64,000 nt of DNA, taken from Phallusia mammillata (Eukaryota). Positions 16,696-27,772 of the stretch are shown here, piece by piece. The stretch lies in assembly GCA_965637545.1 (NCBI GenBank), contig OZ281497.1, forward strand, positions 20,088,001 through 20,152,000. The letters are read 5' to 3'. Numbering within the stretch: position 1 is the stretch's first letter; each line of letters starts with the position of its first letter. Made by a program: the position numbers and the translations under genes. Below the pieces are notes generated by a model. It was not told where the DNA came from. It ran no database searches and saw only the letters and a program-made list of their open reading frames with translations.

Positions 16696-18349
16696 CTTAA
16701 ACTGCTTTTTGTTACATCAACACCCGTAAAATTTCTCTCCTTCAGACCTTTTATCCGAGCAATACTTTTTCTACAAACCCCTACAAAAAAGCAGCAAGAA
16801 AGTAAACAGATGAACGAAAAACAGGTAAAGGGAAATCGACAACCGAAAGTTAAGAAAAACTTCTTACTGACCCTGTAGCCTACATTTCAACGTTTGTGAC
16901 CTAAGTTCTTATTTACAGTGCACATTTATTTCCAAATTTTCACGCCTTTGTATACTCAAACTTCGCATGTCCAAGAAACTTAGTCTTACTACTGCTTTGC
17001 TTTGCTTGTGGTACTGACTACCTACGGTTCGTACATCTGGGTCGTCGCTTAGTATAATTGAGGCGGAGTTGATGCGAGCCGTAAGGCAGCGAATAACAAT
17101 TGAAAGCTTGATTACACGGGCGGCAACCCCTGGACGACAACAATATACAGCGTTAGATACGACCAGGTCGGATTTCGGTCAGTTTTGTCATTGACATACC
17201 ACTGCCGCAATGTGACACTACGAACACGGGCTATTAAAATACGCCATTGTGTCGGGTTTGTTCTCTTTTGCCTTCCACCCAACGATTCAAGGAAGCAAAA
17301 GACAAGCGTCGGATCGGTGACATAAACAAAATTTCACGTTCTTTAATTAATATTGCAAAATCAACATCAATTCCAAATAAACTCAACTCAACACAGTTCT
17401 GTCACGAATAAGCATTTTTTCATATTTTCAGCCTTAACGGTTATTCAGTAGCCTAATTTTGTGCGGTCTGCGTCTAAGTTGGAAAAGAGACATTTTTACA
17501 CACAAGACACAATGTTTTATTTTATAAATTAGGACTTTTTTGTTCTTTTTGTGGTAAACAGAAGTATAGTTATTTTGAAAAAGCCCCTACTAAACACGGA
17601 TTCATTACAAAACTTTAACAAGTAAAAATTGTGGTGTTAAATACAAGTTAAGAATCATGTGTGTTTGTTTCTTTATTTTTGACTTTTTTGCGAAAAAATC
17701 TTAAAAATATCTACCACACTGGTACGGATTACTGACGCAGCGTTTTTGATAAATTTTGATTCACGAAATCATTTCACATGCTGTTTGTATGTAATTTTGT
17801 TTTGTTTACTAAATTCATTTTGTTTTACTGATGGTAATCAAATGTTTCCGTTTAATTTGTGCAACTAGTAGTTTTGTTTGGCAGTTAACTCTCCAACCTC
17901 TATACTTGCGTTAAGTGACAACGATTTGGACTGTTGTGTTGTTAATACTACATAATATATTAATATGTATATTATTAATATATTCCATGATCAAATAGTA
18001 CTTGAACGTAGCCCGTCTGTAGGTTTATGCAGTTTGTAAGATGCAAAGATTTTTGTATTGTGTGCACAGGAATTTATCACGGTAACGTTTAAACAAGTGA
18101 TGCAATGAAGTTTCAGTTGGCCACTGAAGTTTCGGTCCCAACTCATTGTACGACATTGCTGCCCAAACTTAGTATAGTCCCATTTTTAAACATCATAAAT
18201 CAACTAATAGTTGCAACCAGTATCATCCAGGTTATGTATTGTAGAAGTATTTTTGGAGACTTTAATTGAGTTCACCTGCATCAACAACGCAAGGTTCACT
18301 TAGAAACATCCATGAATTTTTTTTTATTTTTTTATGGTTTTGGCTTTGG

Positions 18350-18510
18350 TCTTGGATACATTTAATTTCTACACTATGACAGTTGTGAGTTGTATCCCAC
18401 CGCAGGCTAGATTTTTCTAGCTTACATCTTGCCTTATGGTGGTGAATGCTTGATGACAAGCTGATTCGGGATGGTGCCTTCATTGGGCCAGGTGTACTGT
18501 GATTTATATA
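18350..18510 (+). mobile_element. SINE copy (degenerate head plus body); uninterrupted paralog of the copy at 19384
   Basis: Shares CAGGCTAGATTTTTCTAGC...TATGGTGGT(G/A)AATGCTT...GCTGATTCG...CCTTCA...TACTGTG with 19440-19772. Confidence 0.65.
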
Positions 18511-18549
18511 TGAGTGTGCTGTGATCGCTGGTCTGCACTCTGCATAGAC

Positions 18550-19229
18550 CAGGGGTCTCCAACACGCGGCCCGCGGGCCAGATGAGGCAATTTTCCGTGG
18601 CCTGCGGCGCGTTATTAGCAAATGAAAAAATATTATTATTTCGTTAAATAGGACCAACTTTTTTGTTTTACTCATCCGTCGAGTGTTTAAGAAAGAAAAA
18701 GTAATGAAACTTTAACTGGACACACCCATATATCACTATACGTTAAAAAAATGAACCTTTGTGATAGGCTACATAAATATGATGAAATAATGCGAACTTA
18801 GTCTGCTGGTCATCAAGTGTAAATTTAGAAAACCGTTTAGTTCTTGTTTACTGTGTATTTTTATTTTATGGATGAGGAACGTTTATGCCTTTGAAGACCA
18901 ATCAACATTTTATTAACATTTGAGTAGGCCGCCTAGACTGTTTTAGGTGCTTAGGACGATTTTTATAAGAAACAAATTGAACTCGCGGTCAAAGAAAAAT
19001 CCAATGCTAAAGCCAATTAAACGCTTTAGCAAAACTAAATCTTAACCTGCTAAAAGTAATTTTCAGTTTTACCACTACAGCTTTTAGGATTCATTTCACC
19101 TAAATATTATTTGCTTGGTAACGCATATCAATGATCTAAGAGCGGTTTGTGACATCACAGACAAAACTATAAAATATGAATAACAGCTCAAACATTGGCC
19201 CAGGACAAACTTTGAGTTGGAGACCCCTG
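18550..19229. mobile_element. 680-bp non-autonomous hAT (Charlie-type) element
   Basis: Perfect 14-bp TIRs CAGGGGTCTCCAAC / GTTGGAGACCCCTG. Perfect 8-bp TSD GCATAGAC at 18542-18549 and 19230-19237. Subterminal CGGCCCGCGGGCC. Confidence 0.93.
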
Positions 19230-19383
19230 GCATAGACGCTTCAGGGCTGTCATGAATATATCTTCATCTTAGCTTATACTGGTCAATCTCAATCTGGCAA
19301 TCCCCTACTACTAGGCTGACATGTGCAGCATACGAGGCAGGCAACAGTACTTGTGATTCAACTTTCAGCAGATTCTCCACTGA

Positions 19384-19772
19384 GCCTGCGTAGTTCAGTT
19401 GGAACAACGCAAGTCCCTGAAAGACTGTTGTGGGTTAGAATTCCACCACAGGCTAGATTTTTCTAGCCTACTCCTTGCCCAGTCTGCAGAGTGTGGCAGC
19501 TGCACGCGCGATTTTGTTTTGAAAAAAAATTTTTGCACGCCAAATTTTGGGGTTTGCACGCGAAAATATTGCACCAAAGGCATTTAGTTGACCTGTCTTG
19601 ACCTCTTTTACTTGCTTTGTGCCTGCTAAACATGCGCGACATGTAGGTCCTGCACGCACGAGATCTCGTTGGGAACTGCCATGTTCTGCAGACTGGCTCC
19701 TTGCCATATGGTGGTAAATGCTTGGTGACCGGCTGATTCGCTATGGCGCCTTCAATGGCCTGGTATACTGTG
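19384..19772 (+). mobile_element. tRNA-derived SINE interrupted by a MITE
   Basis: 71-nt tRNA-like head at 19384-19454: acceptor stem GCCTGCG/CACAGGC, A box TAGTTCAGTTGG, B box GGGTTAGAATTCC. The body is shared with the copy at 18350. Confidence 0.7.
19479..19696. mobile_element. 218-bp MITE with CCAGTCTGCAGA termini (copy 1), nested in the SINE
   Basis: TIRs CCAGTCTGCAGA / TCTGCAGACTGG, extending imperfectly to about 21 bp. Perfect 8-bp TSD CTCCTTGC at 19471-19478 and 19697-19704. Confidence 0.9.
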
Positions 19773-19866
19773 GTTATAAGTTAATATAGGATCAAAACTT
19801 ATAGAATATATTTGTTATAGAATCGAAAACACATTTCTTTTGCAAACAGTAGACTAAAAAAGCAGC

Positions 19867-21610
19867 ATGTTTATGACAAGATCTGAATATGATCGAGGTG
19901 TGAACACTTTTTCACCTGAAGGAAGAATCTTCCAAGTTGAATATGCTATTGAAGCAATTAAGTTGGGATCCACAGCTATTGGAATCCAAACTTCTGAAGG
20001 AGTTGTGTTAGCAGTTGAAAAAAGAATTACTTCACCTTTAATTGTGGCATCAAGCATTCAAAAAATATTTGAAATTGACACTCATGTCGGTAAGATGTTG
20101 TGTGTATATGGAGGTTTTCTCCAGGACCAGTCTGCAGAGTGTGGCAGCTGCACACACTATTTGTTTTAAACAAAATAAATTTGCACGCTAAGTTTGGAGG
20201 GATGCATGTAAAACTTTGCACCACAGGCATTTAATTGGCCTCTCTTGACCTCTTTTACTTATTTTGAACCTGCTGAAATTGATCTTGCACATGGGACATG
20301 TTGGTCCTGCACGTCTGAGATCTGGTTGGGAACTGCCATGTTCTGCAGACTGGCTCCAAGAATTTTATAACTGGGGAAATGGTGGAACCCTAGTATAGAT
20401 GTATTTTAAATGGGGTACTTTAATCTCTCATTCACTTTATAGGTTGTGCAATGAGTGGTCTGATTGCGGATTCAAAAACCATGATTGACAGAGCAAGAGT
20501 TGAAGCCCAAGTTAGTTTGTTGATTGCATGCTACTTTTCTATTGTGTTGTATATCTTTTATTCTTTTGCTGTGTTTTTTTGCAGAATCATTGGTTTACAT
20601 ATGATGAAAAAATGAGTGTGGAAAGCATAACAAAAGCAGTTTCAAATTTAGCTTTGCAGTTTGGTGAAGAAGACTCAGAACCTGGAGCAATGGTATTTTC
20701 AATGTCTTCTCGATAATTTTGTATGACACACAGAGATTACAATACAATTAAACAAACTTTTAGAGCAGACCATTTGGTGTAGCTTTGTTATTTGCTGGAT
20801 ATGATGAGTGGGGACCACAACTTTATCACCTTGACCCCTCTGGGACATTTGTTAAATGTTTAGCTAAAGCAATTGGTTCAGCATCTGAAGGTGCTCAAAC
20901 CTCACTGGAGGAACAATATCATAAAGTAAGAATACCATCAAACTAGTATTTTAAACTGTAACTAAAATCTTTAGCTATGTGATAGTTTTTACATAATATT
21001 TATTAAACACTGTTCATAAGTTTACATGGATCTGTTCACAGGTTTATTGATGAAAATTACAGCTCAAATAGATGTGAAAAGTGGCATGCTTTATTATTCA
21101 TTTGCCGAAATGTTTGAATAGAAGCATGTCGCTTTTTACATCTAATATGACCCTTATTTTTCACCATTAAGTTTATTATCCATGTTTATGCAACTGAATC
21201 TGGTTGATTGAAAATGCAGTGTGCCAATTTTTTGGTGCACTTAAGCACACAATACGGTTAACCAGTGTGTTTCTGTAAATGATACATATATAAGCTTAGA
21301 AATTATCTACTTCACACAATGAACTAAAATGTGTGATTAACTTAGTTGCAGCAAAAATCCCAAGCATATATTTTTTTCTGTTACTTGATATGATATGTGT
21401 GATTGTGACAGTAAAAAAGTATTCGTAAATTAAATTGTTTTCTAGTCAATTACCCTGAAAGAAGCATGTAAATCTGTGCTTGGAATTTTGAAACAAGTAA
21501 TGGAGGAAAAACTGACATCGACCAACGTTGAAGTTTCGACCATAACAAAAGAGCAGAAATTCCACATGTTTAGTAAAGATGAAGTTGAAGAAGTTATCAA
21601 GGACTTGTAG
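19867..21610 (+). CDS. PSMA5: Proteasome subunit alpha type-5, 5 exons
   Basis: [58 protein letters not shown]; [12 protein letters not shown]; [15 protein letters not shown]...EEVIKDL*, TAG at 21608-21610. Confidence 0.97.
20127..20353. mobile_element. 227-bp MITE with CCAGTCTGCAGA termini (copy 2) in PSMA5 intron 1
   Basis: Same TIRs and homologous interior as 19479-19696. TSD CTCCAGGA / CTCCAAGA (7 of 8 match). Confidence 0.85.
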
Positions 21611-21798
21611 TTGCACTTTGAATTCATACAAACCGATTTTCTTTTCCAGTTCGATTTTGTTACAAATCGCTCTTTTTGCCCACATTTTGCGTTGTACTGA
21701 AAAAAACACCTTTAGTAGTTCCAATTTTTTACAATGCTGCTTAAACTGAAACATTTTTTTGTTTTCACTAAGATTACTGTTAAACCCTAGAAATTCAA

Positions 21799-22584
21799 AT
21801 GTGTACTGTTGATGAGGAAATCGAAGCCCTTGCAGCTGTTTATTGTGGCGACCGAGAATTTGTTCTGGTTGAATCCCATTCTGGCATTCGACGATTTACA
21901 ATGAATCTACATCTGTCAGATATTGATCAAATTGTGTCGTTTGGTTGCAGTGTCATGGCAACCTATCCCAGTTCTGTTCCACTTGTGGAAGTGTACACGC
22001 CGAAGCTAACGCGAAATCAAGGTTCAAACTTACAATCCGAACTACTGGCACATGTTACAAATGATGGTTTAATGAACCAGCCAATGTTGGATGTTGTAAT
22101 CCTCTGGGTTAAAGAATATTTATCAGATATTTTGTCCAAAACAATAACGCAACACACAGTTTCCGAATTACCGACTCTAAAGCAGCTAACTGTTTTATAC
22201 ACGCTAGATCACATGCGCAGCAAATCTAAGTACACAAAAATATTAACAAGTTGGGCTAACCAGCTTAACGTATGCGGTAGAGTAATATTTTGTAATCGAA
22301 AAATCTTTATTGTCCTACACGGCAAAGAAGAAAGTGTGCGAAAGTTTTTGGTTGATCACAAAACCCAAAACGTAGATGTCAATTCCAGCGGACAACCTTG
22401 TAAGGAAAGGTTGCTGCAGATTCTTGCACAGGAATTCGATAAACAATGTACTTTATCGGACTTTACTTACGTCGAATTTTCGAACACAACAGATTTACAG
22501 ATTGCATTCGCGAATTGGAATTTGACTGACCTTTTCGAGAATTATGTAAAACTTGGTACATATGGACATACTTCTTTAAAATAA
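21799..22584 (+). CDS. RWDD3: RWD domain-containing protein 3 (RSUME), single-exon CDS
   Basis: 261-aa ORF. N-terminal RWD domain (EEIEALAAVY...YPSSVP). C-terminal block LDHMRSKSKYTKILTSWANQL..GRVIF..KIFIVLHG...NVDVNSSGQPCKERLL matches my recollection of vertebrate RWDD3. Confidence 0.88.
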   Translation: MCTVDEEIEALAAVYCGDREFVLVESHSGIRRFTMNLHLSDIDQIVSFGCSVMATYPSSVPLVEVYTPKLTRNQGSNLQSELLAHVTNDGLMNQPMLDVVILWVKEYLSDILSKTITQHTVSELPTLKQLTVLYTLDHMRSKSKYTKILTSWANQLNVCGRVIFCNRKIFIVLHGKEESVRKFLVDHKTQNVDVNSSGQPCKERLLQILAQEFDKQCTLSDFTYVEFSNTTDLQIAFANWNLTDLFENYVKLGTYGHTSLK

Positions 22585-23148
22585 CATTGCACCCCAAGAA
22601 TTCTTGCCATGAATTGCGTAGCTTTTTAGGACAGATGTTGCAATATTGGGAAATGAATATAGATCAAAAAAGAGGTTAGATGTCGTAATTGTTTTGGAAG
22701 GCATGCGTGGCCTTAGCGCTTCATTAATCAACCGTGACGGCAATTATCCAATAAGAAGAGGCCGAATCCGCACAAGTGTAGGCGCGATGTAATATATTTG
22801 GACTTTGGAGAGATTTCCGTAGAGACGAAATAAAAAAAACAGCTGTCTTGTGCATGTAAAACGCCGTAAAGCTTGTTTTCTAGTGATAGCAAATATAGTC
22901 TTGGGTTAGAAGGGAATGATTGCCTGAAGTTTGAAATCACATTTTAGTGATTATTGGGTTTAATTTGGTTTACCTTTGTTTTAGTACAATTGTGTTGCTC
23001 TGTTCATTCAGTCTATTGTCTTTCACCAAGCGAAATAAACTCAACTCAATCTTCTCCTTTAGGCCTGTATCAAAAGGTTTTTCCTAAAGGACCTTGGTAT
23101 TATAGCACCTATCTGGTGTAAACCTAACTGTACTAGGGAAACATCAAT

Positions 23149-24175
23149 ATGGATAAAACAAGAGTTTTAGTTTTTTTCATCTTTGCATTCTCCGTCTATT
23201 TGGTGGATATTGTAAGTGCAGATGATGAATGTGAAGGTAATTATAATGTTATTGACTTCAAAAGAAATGTTTTAGTGTCCTTGTTGTTATAAAAAACTGT
23301 TTAACTATGAAATTTGGTGTTGTAACAATACAAACAAAATTTTACTTGACTTATTAGAGATCATAGTATTCTTATAGTAACTACATGACTTATGGTATTA
23401 TTTTGTGCAAGTGGTAACAGAAATAGTTGAGTTACATTGGTATCAGTTTTCAAAGAAGATTTAATTAACTTTGTTGCAACATCACTTTACATGTGTTGGG
23501 TTCCAGTATTATGACTTAAAGATATCAAACCTTTTTAAAATTATTTTCTGATACTTATGTTTGTCCTTACATAACTTGTTTTTTTACTTAAGTTTGTGTG
23601 AAATTCCTTACTCGTTTCCAAAAAATAATGGATGAGGAAAATATTGAGGATGAAAAGGCAGTAAAAAAACGACTACAACAAGAATGCAGAGAAGCAAAAG
23701 GAAAAGAAAACAGATTTGTGAGTCTAAATATTCACACATTAATGCATATATCTTGTGCTTAACATTGGAAGTTGTAATTTTATGTTATTTTAGTGCTATT
23801 ATGTTGGAGGAACAGATGATGCTGCAACCAATATGCTGGGAGATGTTTCAAAACCTTGCAGCTTTCATAAACCACCAGAGAAAATTTGTGCTGCACTAAA
23901 AAAGAAAGATTCACAAATATGCGAACTTAAATATGGTTAGTTGTTAAAACTGAAAACTATTTAAACATCGTTGTTTATGTCTGCTAATATATACATCTCA
24001 CGCTTTAGAGAAACAAGTTGACTGGAAGAATGTGAATCTAAAGAAGATGCGAGTAAAACAACTCAAAAAAATCCTGGAGGAATGGGGAGAGGACTGCAGG
24101 GGTTGTGTGGAAAAACAAGAATTTATTGACAAAATTAACAAATTGAAACCAAAATATGTCCGTGAAGAATTATGA
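23149..24175 (+). CDS. MANF: MANF/CDNF (ARMET) family ER-stress protein, 4 exons
   Basis: Signal peptide [24 protein letters not shown]; CEVCVKFL; [23 protein letters not shown]; [18 protein letters not shown]; SAP-like [26 protein letters not shown] with CxxC; ER-retention-like C-terminus REEL*. Confidence 0.96.
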
Positions 24176-24744
24176 TCTGAGATTTGTTTTATCGTTTATT
24201 GCAATATGTCTGTACAACTGAACCCCAAAAGGGTTATGCTAGGCAAATGGTCCTTGTTTTGTTACTTAGTAGTTTGTGTTTTGCAGTATCGCATGGCTGT
24301 ACTGTTCTAAAAAATCTGCACCTAAATGCACACATTCCAGAACTGCTAACCAAAATAAGAAAATCAAATTTTTTTTTTTATCAAATTTTATTTGGTCAAG
24401 TAATATTGTGTCAGTACAGAAAATGTCCCAATAATTGTGTTTTGTATCAGAATTGATAAATTTGTTTTAAACGAACATGTTGCTTTATTTCTGGAAGGAA
24501 GTCAGCTTTGTATTTCTATAGCAACAAAATGAGGTCATGTCAGGACGTCGTTTTGTGCAATATGCTAATTAGATCCCTTGAAAAAAGGTTCCACTACCAA
24601 AAGCTTCGTCCCATCATATTTTTGACCCAAACAAAAATTCATGTCTAAGTTCTCAAAGTCTACCCTGACCTGGCTGTCATTCGCTTTACTTAATTTGAAA
24701 GTCACAATCAAAATACAGCAGTAAGTTTGTTGAAATAAGGTTTA

Positions 24745-25846
24745 TTATTTACAACTGCTAAACGATGCGAAACCGCTCTCAGGACTGCTTGGTGTTGACG
24801 TGTCTGGCGATGACAAAATTTCCTCCAAATGAGTTAACATTTCGTCATCGAACGATTTGAAATCTGTCCGTTTTTCTGATATGGCTTCACTGTTTAGTAG
24901 ATCCGACAGGGGAATGTCGTTTAAATCTGCCTCCGATGGTGGGTTGGTCTTTAGCTTGTCGGTCGCAGTCAGCTCTATACACCGACCCTGCATGTAGCTT
25001 TGGTACGATGTAAAGCTTTCGTTGACGACAGTGTACCCAGGAGGAGTGGCCACGCTGTGGTAACGGGTGAATCCGATTGAGCCACTTGTATTGTCGGGGC
25101 AGGTACTCGTTTCGGGATAATCCATTTGTCCAATGATCGGTAGGTACTCGTCACCATGTTGTCTCGAATCCACATCAGTTTCGGGCAATGTGCCAAACGC
25201 AAGGTTGGGTTCCAAAGAGTGGGTTGTATTTCCATGGCTGATTAAAGGTACTGAAGAACAATCGGTAGCTTCTAGGGGCGTTAAACTTTCACATTGATCG
25301 ACGTATTCGTTATGCCCAGTGTAGTGTGTATTGGGAACAACGGTGTGTGTTTGGTGCTGCTTTGCTGGTATGTCCGTAACAGCAGAATGGGAAACAGCAT
25401 CCATAGCACCAATCGCCACTTTGTCTTCTCTACCACACCAAAATCGCGATCGTTCGCTCCAATCCCGTTCCCCAGCAGCACACGAGCGCAAAAATTGGAT
25501 GTATCGGATTGCCAACTGCAAAAATACGCAAAGAATTTTATACTCTTGACTCCAGGCCAAAATATGCGTTAAGTACAAAACCGTTTTTAACCAAGTAACG
25601 AAATGTATCAAAATTTAACCACATCTCTACTTATCATGTTATAATTACCTGTAGAGTTTGTTTCTTGTACATTTTTCTATTTTCGGTGAATCGAATTGGT
25701 AGCACGCTTTGCAACGATTCCAAAGCGTCGTTGAATGCCCGAAGTCTTTCTCGTTCCTTTCCGGCAGCGTTCACTCTGCGTCGTTTCTTTTGGGGGTTCC
25801 CCATTGATGAGACTTTTCGTTTACGCGAAGTTTCCACAAATGAATT
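24745..25846 (-). CDS. Divergent tissue-specific (class II) bHLH transcription factor; 5' end uncertain
   Basis: Exon ~25649-25846 gives KKRRRVNAAGKERERLRAFNDALESLQSVLP...KMYKKQTLQ. It splices (intron 25516-25648) to LAIRYIQFL and a long Ser/Thr/Pro-rich tail ending at 24745. In-frame ATG at 25804. Confidence 0.8.
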
Positions 25847-27595
25847 CTAAATGTAAGTCACAAAACACACATTACAAGTGGCTGCACCTCGTCTGTTGTA
25901 AAGAATCCAAGTACTAAAACGTTTGTTCAAATGGCACACTTTTTACCTCGTCGAGCCTTTGGGGCCAGAGTCCCGCATCGAATGGATGCTCGTTATTATA
26001 ATTTCCTTCGAAGTATTGTACTGTTGTTGCCATGATGTACTCTCAGTGAAACAGGAAAGTGATATGCCTTTGCTCTAAACCCGAAACCTTTTATTTCGAA
26101 ACGATTTTTTTCTCCAAGCTTGTTACTATTAACCTTGTCTGTGTCTTGATCGTTTGGGTAAATAACAGCGTGTCACTATGCCCGCACCCCTGGTTCCGAC
26201 CAGCAGTCGTCAGGGCACTATAGGACACTGTCCAAATCGGAAGGTGTCCCGTCCGTATCCGTACAGACAGAGGTATTAAGACGTTCAGGTCATTGAACAG
26301 ATACTGCAAATTTCCGTGCAACTGCCATCGGAACTATAAAGCAGCTCAAACAAAAATGTCATTTCCAGTAACAAAGCCATTTGCTGAAGTTGGTCTATAT
26401 CAAATGTGAAACCGTGGGTTTGCGCTGTACTTAAAAGTTGAGTAGCTTATTTGCTGTCGATCTACGAAATTGCAGATGCTGTAATAATGTTGTCTGTTGT
26501 TTTATTTATTGTAGTGTTAATGTCTTGGTAAGAAATGCTTGGCAGAATTTGTTTAACCGCCAGGTGTCCCTACAGAGCCATACGACGTCAGGTTAATTTT
26601 CCGTTGTCGAGAAGACGGCCACCTATGCCAACACGCATCACGAAAATAAACATTTAAATCCAACGGTCGCCAGTATGTCTTTAATCTACCCGACGTCAGT
26701 GACCACACGATGCGTTGATCTTGAATGACAAGCCGTCTCCCGTGCAGTTTGTGTTTACTTTTTACCGGAGATAATTCAGAACTCAGACCGGGTCGTTTGG
26801 CTTTGCAGCGGGAAACCTCGGGTGCTAGATTTTCATTAGCGCTTGAAACTAAAGCCATGCACAAATTTATGGATGAAATTTGAATTGATTTCCTCTAACA
26901 GCTTTATTTGTTACATCTTGACTCCAACATCAAATTGGAAAATATCCACCATCTGAAACAGGACTCAGTAGTTTTGTGGGTTTCAGTGGTAGGCCACATT
27001 GTAAACTCTATTATTCGAACAGCAAACCGCGAATTAAAATCGAACTTATCGGAGCACTTTGGCAGACGGTTTAAGGACGAAGAAGCCATACGATGTTGTA
27101 GGGCGTGTATTCTTATGACAGTTTTTTGATATGAAATAGTTTTTCAGAATTGTTTTAATAGTGTTTAAGTGGTTGCAACAACATTTTAAAACATGTCGCT
27201 AGATGTCGTACAAGATTTACATGAGGAAAAATAGATTCCATAAATCTTTTTTACATGGCATAAGCGTTATGGAACCATTTTAACCGAATTGACAACTGAA
27301 CTATTGCATACTTGCTAATTCTTGTAAACCACGCTTATTTGTGCTGTCATGTGACAAACAAAACGGCCATTGTCTACTTTTATACCCAGCTTTTTTATTA
27401 AAATAATCTGGTTTGGCGCTTAAAGCCTATTGAAGGCAATAACCACTGGTTTTAGCGATATGTTACTGGTTTGATTTAGTTTGGGCTCATCAGGAAATTT
27501 GTCAGCCAGCTATTACAGACAGCTTGCGGGTATTGCGCAATTTCTGTGTTTGACCTGTTACCCAGTTTTCGGATAGTTAATGGTGGGGCCTTAAC

Positions 27596-27772
27596 CAGTG
27601 GTGGGATTCAGACTGTTTTCAGCCGATTCTATCACAAAAGTCATATTTCCACCCGGTTCTGTTACAAAAGTCCATTGACATTAACCAGAAATGCTAACCG
27701 GTTCGCTGATCTCATAAAATTTCGTGAGACGGTTTTATAGAAACGGTGCGAACCGGCTGAATCCCACCACTG
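27596..27772. mobile_element. 177-bp hAT-like MITE
   Basis: Perfect 15-bp TIRs CAGTGGTGGGATTCA / TGAATCCCACCACTG with internal ACCGGTTC motifs. The TSD is not intact (GCCTTAAC vs GCCACGTA). Confidence 0.75.

Noticed and set aside
21040-21200. TGATGA ... CTGA in a PSMA5 intron as a box C/D snoRNA
   Set aside because: About 150 nt apart, with no terminal stem and no rRNA-complementary guide that I could see.
22585-23148. ER-stress element (ERSE/ERSE-II) upstream of MANF
   Set aside because: CCAAT and CGTGG occur, but not with ERSE (N9) or ERSE-II (N1) spacing.
25847-26033. bHLH 5' model using introns of 33 and 29 nt to join MATTVQYFEGNY... in frame
   Set aside because: Both introns are far below the roughly 50-nt minimum seen elsewhere in this window; not supportable without cDNA.
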